DNA of 64,000 nucleotides from Williopsis jadinii (Eukaryota): NCBI GenBank assembly GCA_024346625.1, contig AP024667.1, positions 558,001 to 622,000 of the forward strand, read 5' to 3'. A model generated the notes under the pieces. It had not been told where the DNA came from. It ran no database searches and worked only from the letters and a program-made list of their open reading frames with translations. Below, piece by piece: positions 54,989 to 64,000 of this stretch (position 1 is its first letter; each line of letters starts with the position of its first letter). The position numbers and the translations under genes are program-made.

Positions 54989-55675
54989 AGCGAATCTGCT
55001 TATTTGCTCTTTCTCTTCCCGAAGACCAGATCCTTGGTGTGATGTATTTTGTTCTTGGTTGTTCTTACTTATATTGATTTGTTCCGTTTTGTTTTGATGT
55101 TTTTTTTCTGTTTATAATAAAGGAATGGTTTGAAGTTTGCTTTGGATCTCTCTTCCCATGATATGAAGACAAGTGATTTGGGTGAACATAGAGATGAGAA
55201 GCGTCCCCTTCCTCCTTCTCATCAGGTGGTGGCGAAAGGGACTATTGAAGACGATTCTATTCCATTCTGCATTGTTTAGTCCATGAATGTCCCTTGATTT
55301 GGATTCATTACTATCTCTCATTGTCTCTTTCCTTCTGTCTCTCTTTCAATTTGATTTAGATTGGCTTTATATAACCTTTGGAGGTACGCTGTGGAATACC
55401 GTTCATATATGCTTTGGTAAGAGAGAACGAGGAAAAGGAAGAGAGCCAAGGGGAAATGATACGTTGATACCATCTCTACATATCAAAGCAGGGGTGATAT
55501 CCGAACGTGACCAATGGTGCGATGAACCAGGCTTATCAACCCCGTTGTTTCCGTATCAAGGTCTTTCTTTTATCTCTGTCTTTAAGCCCTCTTCTCTCTC
55601 TCTCCCTCTCTCTAATTATTCATTATATACACATGAAATGCTCTAATAACCTTTCTTTTCACCCTAGATTACACA

Positions 55676-56224
55676 TTATCTATATCTAACCTTTGGCTTA
55701 TCACCTCTTTTCTCCATCTTGAGCTGTCTCTTGCTCTTCTCCGGCTGTTTACTGCCACTTTGACCGTCATTCTCAGTAGCACCAGACGTGCTAGCACCAC
55801 CACCGCCAAGCAGCTGTCTGCCAGCATTCACCAGCCCATACAGCTTGTAACATGCAAATGCTGGAACCACAAGGTACAGCCACCAGATCTTGGTCGTGTT
55901 GAAGACGATACTAATCAAGTTGAATATGACGGTGAGGTAGATGATGTCAAAAAAGTACTCCGTCAACCCTTCTTGTTGCAGATCCTGGCCAATACGCACA
56001 ATCTTCCCACTGTTATCCACCACTGGACGTCCAGTCTTCTCCAACGTGTATATGCTTAGCAGAGCAGGTATGGAAAAGATGATGAATGGCTTATAATTCT
56101 GAGGACGGCCAACGGCAAAGTTGAACACCGCAGACACCCCAAGCGACACCCACGTGATCCTATGGATCTCCTTGAGGATCTTGTTGTTAGAGGCAACCTG
56201 TTTCTTAGCGGACTGACCTGCCAT
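55676..56224 (-). CDS. SND2: TMEM208-family SRP-independent targeting protein
   Basis: MAGQSAKK...[36 protein letters not shown]. Confidence 0.88.
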   Translation of the reverse strand: MAGQSAKKQVASNNKILKEIHRITWVSLGVSAVFNFAVGRPQNYKPFIIFSIPALLSIYTLEKTGRPVVDNSGKIVRIGQDLQQEGLTEYFFDIIYLTVIFNLISIVFNTTKIWWLYLVVPAFACYKLYGLVNAGRQLLGGGGASTSGATENDGQSGSKQPEKSKRQLKMEKRGDKPKVRYR

Positions 56225-56447
56225 CGCTTACACACCGAGTCTGTTGGGGCCTTTGCTCGTTGTTGTGGGTACCTTCGTTTGCGTGTGGTCGGAAAGAAAG
56301 TGTGGCCAACGCCGATGGCCACTTGGTGGTGTCTGGATGTCTATCTTACGTACATTTCTCCCCGAAGATGATCACCAAAAATTTTCCTCGGAGATCACCT
56401 TCTTCTTCCTCTTCAGGCTAACTTATACACACACAACCAGGCACACC

Positions 56448-56660
56448 ATGAGCAGAGAAGGTTTCGTCGCACCACAGAACTTGAGTTCCGCAGCTTCTGG
56501 CTTCACGTCGAACAAGAACAACACTGTGAAGTACATCTGTACGAGTTGTGCCACCAACGTGTCGCTTGGTAGAAACGATGCCATCAGATGTAGCTCTTGC
56601 GGCCACAGGGTGCTCTACAAGGCCAGAACCAGAAGAATGGTGCAATTTGAAGCCAGATGA
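56448..56660 (+). CDS. RPC10: RNA polymerase I/II/III shared subunit ABC10-alpha (Rpb12)
   Basis: MSREGF...VKYIC..C...[25 protein letters not shown]. Confidence 0.95.
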   Translation: MSREGFVAPQNLSSAASGFTSNKNNTVKYICTSCATNVSLGRNDAIRCSSCGHRVLYKARTRRMVQFEAR

Positions 56661-57257
56661 GACGTGCTGGCACCGTCCAGACGTGGAGAGTGGGCTGCTG
56701 CTGCTGTTGGTGTCGTCCGTGTGGTTCGAGTGCGTCAGTCTCATGATTGGCATTACCCTATCGATTCATACTGATGGCCATTACGAGCGATATAGGACGT
56801 GGATCCAGAGCAGTACACGCAGCGTCGTCTAGGGACCCAGAATTCAGCAGACAAGGGAGAGAAAGAAGAAGAAGAAGAAGATGATGAAGAAGAAGAAGAA
56901 GACAGGACACACAGGTCCTCTTACTAATGTACTATACAATTAAGCGTTACGCCACACCAACAGGCACGAGCAGCGTTACCAGAAGAACACACAAGCCGTA
57001 GCTTAGCAATAAAGAACACCATCGACACGAAGAGCCACTGGCGTAACACAGTGCCTATCGTAGTTGTAGAAACATGCCATCGTACCTAATCCTCATGCCT
57101 ACAACGTCTGATGCGCTGTGATGTGGCTTCAGCTAATCCGTTATCATCTCCGAAGGCCTCTTGAGGCCCACGTCCAGGCGGACGAAAACCACACAGGGGA
57201 GCGCACCTTGTTCTCCACCACCAACAATCAACCACTGCTTAGTAGTGAACACCGACG

Positions 57258-57962
57258 ATGTCCTTCAACTACGCCAAATCTGCCCGTAAGATCCTCTGTA
57301 TTGGGCGTAACTACGCCGCTCACATCGCTGAGCTGAACAACGTGAAACCACAGCAACCTTTTTACTTCCTCAAGCCGACGAGTTCCATCTTGCAACAGGG
57401 AGCTGGCGCTGTTTTGATTCCAAAGGGGACGGTGGTTCACCACGAAGTGGAGCTGGCGGTGATTCTGAACAAGACGCTGAAGAACTTGGACCCAGACGCA
57501 TTCTCTGATAAGGACGCCATTGATGCCATTGACGGGTATGCGCTGGCAATCGACTTCACTGCCAGAAACGTCCAAGATGAGGCGAAGAAGAAGGGCCTGC
57601 CTTGGTCAATTGGCAAGGGCTTCGACACCTTCTGCCCGCTGAGCGCTTTCATTCCAAAGAGCAAGATCCCTGATCCTTACAACGTTGAGCTGTTCTTGAA
57701 GATCAACGGCGAGACAAAGCAGGACGACTTGACCAGCCTGATGATCTTCCCGATCAACAAGATCCTGAGCACCATGAGCTCGGTGATGACGCTGGAAAAG
57801 GGTGATATCATCCTCACAGGCACTCCCAAGGGTGTTGGAAAGGTTGTTCCTGGTGACCACATCGTTGCTGGGCTGAAGGTTGACGGTGTTGAGATCGAGG
57901 AGGGTAAATTGGACCTGCCAGTGGAGGAGAAGCCAGGCCCATACGTCTATAAAGAGACATGA
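57258..57962 (+). CDS. FMP41: Fumarylacetoacetate hydrolase-family protein (FAHD1-like)
   Basis: KILCIGRNYAAHIAELNN, FLKPTSS, HHEVELA, KGFDTF, GDIILTGTPKGVG; next to PSD1 as in S. cerevisiae. Confidence 0.92.
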   Translation: MSFNYAKSARKILCIGRNYAAHIAELNNVKPQQPFYFLKPTSSILQQGAGAVLIPKGTVVHHEVELAVILNKTLKNLDPDAFSDKDAIDAIDGYALAIDFTARNVQDEAKKKGLPWSIGKGFDTFCPLSAFIPKSKIPDPYNVELFLKINGETKQDDLTSLMIFPINKILSTMSSVMTLEKGDIILTGTPKGVGKVVPGDHIVAGLKVDGVEIEEGKLDLPVEEKPGPYVYKET

Positions 57963-58095
57963 TGGCTGTCTACGCACAGTGGTATCCAAGTATCAAATAA
58001 AGTGTCGTAATATATAAATGCAAAGCCATAAAAACCAAGGTAAATCAATCAAGAAAGAAGTAATGAGGATAAAAGAGGTACTGAGCAGGAGGTCA

Positions 58096-59748
58096 TCAAT
58101 GAATTCTTCCCAAGGATTGGCCCATCTTGACCTTCTCGCCCTTTTTAATGTCGAATCTGAACTCCTTTGGAGCTTCAAACACCAGAACAACCGTTGAGCC
58201 CAACATGAACCCACCAACTTCTTCTCCAGTGGTCACCGGGAACCCACCCAACACCTTGGAGGCGTTGGAATAAGTTGCCTCGTAACAGGTGTGCTTCTTC
58301 ACTCTGACGAGCTCATCGTCCGAGTCGGAATAATGCGGTGATTGGTATTTGGTATTCGTCGTCAAATCCTTGTCAAAGTTGACCTTGATGCTGCCAACGT
58401 TGGTAGCACCAACAGGGGTCATGCTGAAGAACCCATGCTTCCAGTATCCCAAGAGAGACACTCTCTCGTTGAGAACAAACAAGTTTTGTAGCGTCTTCTG
58501 GAAGTATGGAGCAACGCTGTACAATTCACCGACGAAATGGCGTCTCAATTGCACGACCCAGTTCGTAGGAGAGTGGTATCTGTGATAGTCACCTGGAGCC
58601 AAGTATATCACTGCAAAGAACAACTCCTTGTCCGAGTCCTTTGTAGGCTTTGAGTTCGTCACATTGGAGGCAACCTCTGCAATTTTGGCAGAACCGGCCT
58701 TCTCCACGGTACGGTCACCTTCCTCCTTGTAGTATATCTTCTTCAAGTGCGTCACGTTCTTACCTTCACCACCGATGATATCATCCAAGGTGTATGAGAT
58801 GCCGTTGATCTTTGCAAACTCCTCGTGTCTCTTGTGCACCTCTTCCTCATCAGGATGGTTGAAACAAACCTCATGGGCAGGGGCAGCGAGCTTCGACGTC
58901 GTGGCATTGCCCAAGAACGCGTCGATGGAGTACGTCATACCCTTCACCTGCTCAATTTCACCGTTATCAATGGCACCAAACTGCAAGACAAGGCCATCAC
59001 TTGGGCAGACCAAGTCAGCGTCCTTGGCGATGGCCCTGGCGCCGTCCTTCAACTCTCGGTAGAAGAACTCGCTCAAGTTCTTGTAGTGGTCCAACTCTGG
59101 GTCCTTCATCTCGTCCAAGTTCACGCCAAAGCAGTAGGCGTAGAACTTGTAGCCAGGCGCACGTAGCCACACCGGCAAGTCAATGCTGTTGATTCTGCCC
59201 CAGAGTCTCGAGATGGCGTTCAACGGGAGCGTGCTGTAGCAGAAGAAAGTCCACGAGTGGCTTGGCTTCACGATGGACGTTGAAGGACCAACGAGCTCAT
59301 CCTCGTCTTCCTCGTCTTCCTCGTCGCCCTTCCCCCTGGACAGGTGGTACATCCTGGCGGTCATGCCGTAGCAGATGAAGCCGATGGACACGATCACGAG
59401 GTACTTGATGAGCTGGTGATGAGCACGCGGGTCCTGGCCCGAGATCGACGACCCGTTGAGCCTCTGGTACGTCTGCGAGAACCCTCGTATCGGAGGGAGC
59501 CTGTCCCTGATCCCGTTCTTCAACTGCGACCCGTAGTAGAACGTGTTGTAGTACAGCGCATTTCTCTTTGGTCTCGGGATCTTTGGAAACGGATACGACG
59601 ACATCAGCCTGGTCCCAGCCTTCATTGTTCTCGACAGACGGGCACTGTTGGACTGCTTGACAGCGTTGTTGATCGCGTGAGCAGTTTCCCTCACCTTGGG
59701 GATGGAATTGGTGCCCATGTTGGTGGCAGCTTTGGCATGTGAAAGCAT
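58096..59748 (-). CDS. PSD1: Mitochondrial phosphatidylserine decarboxylase
   Basis: YSTLPLNAISRLWG, EQVKGMTYS, IYLAPGDYHRYHSP, autocleavage motif GFMLGSTVVLVFEAP. Confidence 0.97.
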   Translation of the reverse strand: MLSHAKAATNMGTNSIPKVRETAHAINNAVKQSNSARLSRTMKAGTRLMSSYPFPKIPRPKRNALYYNTFYYGSQLKNGIRDRLPPIRGFSQTYQRLNGSSISGQDPRAHHQLIKYLVIVSIGFICYGMTARMYHLSRGKGDEEDEEDEDELVGPSTSIVKPSHSWTFFCYSTLPLNAISRLWGRINSIDLPVWLRAPGYKFYAYCFGVNLDEMKDPELDHYKNLSEFFYRELKDGARAIAKDADLVCPSDGLVLQFGAIDNGEIEQVKGMTYSIDAFLGNATTSKLAAPAHEVCFNHPDEEEVHKRHEEFAKINGISYTLDDIIGGEGKNVTHLKKIYYKEEGDRTVEKAGSAKIAEVASNVTNSKPTKDSDKELFFAVIYLAPGDYHRYHSPTNWVVQLRRHFVGELYSVAPYFQKTLQNLFVLNERVSLLGYWKHGFFSMTPVGATNVGSIKVNFDKDLTTNTKYQSPHYSDSDDELVRVKKHTCYEATYSNASKVLGGFPVTTGEEVGGFMLGSTVVLVFEAPKEFRFDIKKGEKVKMGQSLGRIH

Positions 59749-60467
59749 CTTGTGACTCTTGTGGCCTCGGAGCGAAGACGTGATTGGACCAAAACGGAAG
59801 ATGGCGGGGGATGAGTGGCACGACGGTGAGAGAAGGAGTGGAAGAGTGGGAGAGTGGAGCAGTGGGAGAGGGAGGACAGCGTCAAAAAGCAGTGGACGGG
59901 ATCACACACACGGAGGGATTATCCAGTGGTTTGAGCTGAGGTTGTGAAGTGGCTTTTTTCGTTTTTCGTTTTTCGGTTTTTCGTTTATTTTGTGTGTGGT
60001 GTGTGTGTGGGAGAAAAGCCCGATCGGGAAAGGAAATTCGCTGCAGTTTGATTTGTGGAGCGAAACACGACGCAAAAATGGGCGATTTCTTTCGCGACGT
60101 TTTTTTTCACTCGTTCTTTTTTCGCTAAATCCGCTTCGTTCCCGCACCGTCGTGCGTGTGTTTTCCCTCCCTCCCGTGCAATTTGTCGCACTTTTCGTTG
60201 TCGCTGCGTTTGTGTTTTTTCTCTTTCGCAAAAATGCGTTTCCGGACGAAACAGAAGAGCGCCGAAGAAACCACAAACCACAAAACGTAAACATGATTAC
60301 ATAAGCACGGGTGTGAGTTCCGAGGGGAACACGAGACAGCACGGAGGAGCTCCGAGGGCGTGGATGATGGGCGTGGATGATGAGCTTGCCTAGTACTTCT
60401 CTTTTGTTCGTCTGTTTGCTCTTCTCACCGGCGATTTCTCCCCTCGATACGAGTGGACGAGACAGCG

Positions 60468-61442
60468 ATGCTCATTGGTATATCTGGAACGTTGGGGTCA
60501 GGCAAGACGGAGATCGCAAGGTATCTCACGTACCAGGGGTTCACGCTGCTCAACGTGGAGAGGGACGAGCTGAAGCCTGAAGAGTGCTCCGTCACCAAGG
60601 GTGATGAGCTGGAGCCTCAGTTGGTGTTTGAAACGTTGGAAAAGCTGATCGATCACGTCACGAACAGCTGGCAGTGCCATTATGTCTTCACAGACATCGA
60701 GTCGGCCGCGGAGTTGGCGCAATTGGCAAAGAGACCGTTCTTCCTTCACGTGTCGGTGGACGCGCCGCTGAAACTGAGATGGCAGAGGTATAAAGCCAAC
60801 CACCCACACATCAACCTGACAGGCTTCTCAGACCTCTCGGACGACAAGCTTTACAACAGGAACACCTTGATGACTGAGGTCATCTCTAAGGCAGATGTCA
60901 AAGTGATAAACACGTCCACAAACGTTGAACATCTGTACAGACAACTGAGCGAGTTGAACCTCTTGGAACAGTCAAGGTTGAGACCAACATGGGATGCTTA
61001 TTTCATGAGATTGGCTGATTTGGCTGCGTTAAGGTCAAACTGCATGAAACGCCGTGTCGGTGCTGTCATTGCTCGTGATAAACGAGTCATCGCTACAGGC
61101 TATAACGGCACTCCTCGTCATATGACCAATTGCAACGAAGGTGGATGTCCAAGGTGTAATACAGGGAACGGTTCAGGCGCAGGACTGTCTACTTGTCTCT
61201 GTCTCCATGCTGAGGAGAATGCTCTTTTGGAAAGTGGCAGAGATAGAATTGGCTCAAATGCAACGTTGTACTGTAACACTTGTCCTTGTCTAACGTGTTC
61301 TGTCAAAATTGTACAGAGTGGCATAAAAGAGGTTGTTTATTCTCAGAGCTATAGCATGGACGACTTATCTTCAAAGGTGTTGAACGAAGGAGGTGTAATA
61401 TTAAGGCAGTACAGCTCACCAAAAGATGGCATGATGATTTAG
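60468..61442 (+). CDS. DCD1: dCMP deaminase with an N-terminal P-loop-like domain
   Basis: MLIGISGTLGSGKT; RPTWDAYFM, RSNCMKRRVG, TGYNGTP, HAEENA, PCLTC. Confidence 0.96.
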   Translation: MLIGISGTLGSGKTEIARYLTYQGFTLLNVERDELKPEECSVTKGDELEPQLVFETLEKLIDHVTNSWQCHYVFTDIESAAELAQLAKRPFFLHVSVDAPLKLRWQRYKANHPHINLTGFSDLSDDKLYNRNTLMTEVISKADVKVINTSTNVEHLYRQLSELNLLEQSRLRPTWDAYFMRLADLAALRSNCMKRRVGAVIARDKRVIATGYNGTPRHMTNCNEGGCPRCNTGNGSGAGLSTCLCLHAEENALLESGRDRIGSNATLYCNTCPCLTCSVKIVQSGIKEVVYSQSYSMDDLSSKVLNEGGVILRQYSSPKDGMMI

Positions 61443-61484
61443 CCGAACACAAGGGGTCTTCCTGCCTGTTGTTGAAAGTATAGT

Positions 61485-64000
61485 TCAGTTATACAAACCC
61501 CATAGAACATTTCTGAGATCATCAATAAATTCTAACGATAGATAATGCGTATCGCTTTCCTGTAGAGCACGATCGTAATAAGAGAATACCAATTTGAGAT
61601 TCCACAAATCGTCAATGTTCCTTGGGTTCTTAACCAAATTGGAAAGTTCGATCTGTCTATCAACGATGTTGACCTTCATATCACATTGATTGCGGCCAAT
61701 AAGTTCACGGATATCATCCTTCTTGAACCCCTTGAACAAATCCAAGTCGTAAAAATAACTGGATGTTTTATCCTTTTGTTCAAACTTGGCATTGATTTCA
61801 TCTAAGAGAACCTTAACAGAGTGTTTCATAACGTTAATACCTTGTCTCTTGTAGAGGAATAGCTGCCCACGATTTTGCAAAAACTCGTCACCGCTAACAG
61901 AAATGTTGAAATATTCAAAGCTTTCAAGCGAAATCTTTGCAATATCATTCACTGGAGGTAAAATACTTGGAGTGCGAAGCACTTGAGTAGAGCCATCTTT
62001 AAACTCCAGGCATACATCAGCTTCAACAATATCGAATGATTCAACGTCTCTTGTCACCAAACACCTTGGATCCACTGCCATGGCCCAGAAATGGCGTAAA
62101 GCTTGTAAATGCGTCTCGTTAACACCACCTTCTGTATTTGGAAAGATTGGATAGATCGAAGTGACCAATGCCGCAATGCTGAAGTTTGACAAAGTATTTA
62201 TGGCGTATTGACCACCACCCAAAAAGAGAAATCCAAGAGCCATGTTAATGGCCATAAACTTCCCATATGCAATAGCCCCACTCAAATTGTTTAGCTTACC
62301 ATGAACGATTCTAAGTCTTCTAAAAACGTCAAGATCACCAGTACCTGACATCACCAACGACATAGCAATGGCGAGACACCCCTGCACGTGCTGCAAAACA
62401 GGTCTTGCAAATATGGCTTCAAAGGATTCATCTCCATGCAAATCATCAATCTTTTTGGTAATATCGTCATAGAAATGGATGATTGTGTCCCTTGCTATTA
62501 AATTAGACGTGGATGCGTATTTGACACCAACAGATAAGCAAACACCAGCAACGATGTAGTAGTAATCTGACTGATCGATCAAATCGACACTTGAACGTCG
62601 TTTGCTCAAAACCACAGCAGGTATTTGGGATTTAACCCAATCTTCAGTGTCCCCAATATCATTCCACATAATTAAGTTTGTAGCCAAAGCACGTAAGATA
62701 AGTAAATCAGGTCTCTCGTAATCTAGAACCTGTTCAGTTTCAGGAACTGCCAACTTTTTAACAATTTCTTTATCATGGCTTTTCAAATAGATGAACATTA
62801 ACGCTATTAAAGCACCCCCAATAGATTTATCGTAAGCCTCAGAGCTCTGGACATCTCTTAAAGAAGTTGTAATTTCGAGTAGGTGGTCGATAACACGAGT
62901 ATCTTTGAGATTTTTGAGTTCATTGGCCTTACCCAAGTTCACATACCCAAGGGCAATTCCTGCAGATAACCTATAGCTCTCATCAGAAAGTGTCTTGCCC
63001 TCAACATGAACCTTCCCATTAACTTGAGATAAAAGAATCTCAGTCATTCTTCTATGTTGCGTTTCGAGGTACAACAATCCTATACCAATTAAGCCTGCAG
63101 ATTGGACAGAACTTCCAACAATGAGATCACTAGCACCCTGCGGTAGCAGTGCATCTAAATGAACACTTAAAACCTTTGTTAACTTGGTATCCATAGTTCT
63201 CTTTAAACTGGCACTCATACCTAAAAGAAGACCAATACTTGTATATGAATGCTTCGGTCCCAAATAGTTAAAGATATTCCACTCCTCTAGCGACTTCAAA
63301 TGTCCGTTCAATCCTAATCCTAAAAGGAAGCCAGCGTGTTGCGCTGTTAGGGATTTATTCCTGTTGAATGTGATCCAGCTTCCAGTGATTCCTTTTGCAT
63401 CTTTTGAAACTGTCAATCCACCAGCTGCCCCATTATGAAAATATGCCCACTCCAAAGACACTTTATCTAAAGAGTCCTTGTCAGTAGTTATCGTGATATC
63501 ATCCGGGTAAATGGTTGTTGCAAAGTTCATCTTCCAGAATGGAAAAATTTCTGTAGTTAGAGGACTTTTCATGGAATAGAATACAATAGATTTTCCTATT
63601 GATAGAGTCAAAAGCCTCACAGTAGCATAATGAGCAACTTCTTTCTGATATTCAAGAAGCTCTTTGTCTGATGCAGCTGTATTTTGAGTACTTGTTACTC
63701 GTTGTACCTGGGAACTTTCTAAAATCTTCGTCATTTCCCAAAATCTTCTATCACTTTTGAAGATAGTACGTGTTATATCCAATCGATCTTGTTCAATAGG
63801 AGCTATGTGATCAGGGGATTTCCATATGGTGTTTACAATCTGGCTGGTGTCCTTTGCTTGAATATGCGAGTTAGCACTGTATTTGTGAATCCGTTTGTGC
63901 TGATGGGATCTTATAACCTCCAAATCTTTTCTATCAAGCAAGCCAAAGACGCCTGGTGATTGATCCATGGAGGCCAAATGTTCTTGACAGTAAGATGTCA
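61485..64000 (-). CDS. APC1: Anaphase-promoting complex subunit 1, C-terminal part (5' end outside the window)
   Basis: WAYFHNGAAGGL, HAGFLLGLGLNGHL, TSIGLLLGMSAS, MALGFLFLGGG, HLQALRHFW. Confidence 0.95.
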   Translation of the reverse strand, partial: TSYCQEHLASMDQSPGVFGLLDRKDLEVIRSHQHKRIHKYSANSHIQAKDTSQIVNTIWKSPDHIAPIEQDRLDITRTIFKSDRRFWEMTKILESSQVQRVTSTQNTAASDKELLEYQKEVAHYATVRLLTLSIGKSIVFYSMKSPLTTEIFPFWKMNFATTIYPDDITITTDKDSLDKVSLEWAYFHNGAAGGLTVSKDAKGITGSWITFNRNKSLTAQHAGFLLGLGLNGHLKSLEEWNIFNYLGPKHSYTSIGLLLGMSASLKRTMDTKLTKVLSVHLDALLPQGASDLIVGSSVQSAGLIGIGLLYLETQHRRMTEILLSQVNGKVHVEGKTLSDESYRLSAGIALGYVNLGKANELKNLKDTRVIDHLLEITTSLRDVQSSEAYDKSIGGALIALMFIYLKSHDKEIVKKLAVPETEQVLDYERPDLLILRALATNLIMWNDIGDTEDWVKSQIPAVVLSKRRSSVDLIDQSDYYYIVAGVCLSVGVKYASTSNLIARDTIIHFYDDITKKIDDLHGDESFEAIFARPVLQHVQGCLAIAMSLVMSGTGDLDVFRRLRIVHGKLNNLSGAIAYGKFMAINMALGFLFLGGGQYAINTLSNFSIAALVTSIYPIFPNTEGGVNETHLQALRHFWAMAVDPRCLVTRDVESFDIVEADVCLEFKDGSTQVLRTPSILPPVNDIAKISLESFEYFNISVSGDEFLQNRGQLFLYKRQGINVMKHSVKVLLDEINAKFEQKDKTSSYFYDLDLFKGFKKDDIRELIGRNQCDMKVNIVDRQIELSNLVKNPRNIDDLWNLKLVFSYYDRALQESDTHYLSLEFIDDLRNVLWGLYN

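Noticed and set aside
56416..56440. GCTAAC...CAG just upstream of RPC10 (possible 5' UTR intron)
   Set aside because: No canonical donor in the short SND2-RPC10 spacer.
1..64000. CRISPR arrays, tRNA/rRNA genes, intact transposons, alternative CUG code
   Set aside because: None seen by eye; CTG occurs at conserved Leu positions.

Overview
Eukaryotic DNA from a budding yeast (Saccharomycotina). CUG appears to encode Leu (e.g. CTG at the conserved Leu of Ypt7 GADFL), introns are short with TACTAAC-like branch points, and gene order resembles pre-WGD yeasts. A Cyberlindnera/Wickerhamomyces-like species is my inference, not something I confirmed. The window is gene-dense housekeeping sequence with about 36 protein genes: DPP3, NPC2, FTH1-like, ETR1, INP1, TOM40, MED9/CSE2, ERG2, LRO1, NRM1, CSN4-like, ATG3, MRL1, TEF1, YPT7, PHO80, YPS7-like, ECM38, TUB1, ALO1, PGA3/AIM33, NGL2, SKO1, a VBA-type MFS, TUB2, PER33/POM33, YPT1, SND2, RPC10, FMP41, PSD1, DCD1, partial APC1 and three uncharacterised ORFs. 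Seven introns missed by the ORF track were reconstructed by hand. I found no tRNA, rRNA, CRISPR array or intact transposon. Best leads: (1) a 2.9-kb gene-free gap after YPT7-PHO80, at the position where S. cerevisiae CEN13/CEN15 lie; (2) an orphan protein with a WRKY/GCM1-like, possibly MULE-derived, zinc-finger pattern; (3) a 3' intron in MRL1 that controls inclusion of an acidic dileucine sorting tail; (4) a highly foldable ~330-nt intergenic element; (5) a retained divergent CSN4-like gene; (6) a 1-bp frameshift inside the SKO1 poly-Q tract. Gene calls rest on remembered family motifs; no database searches were run.
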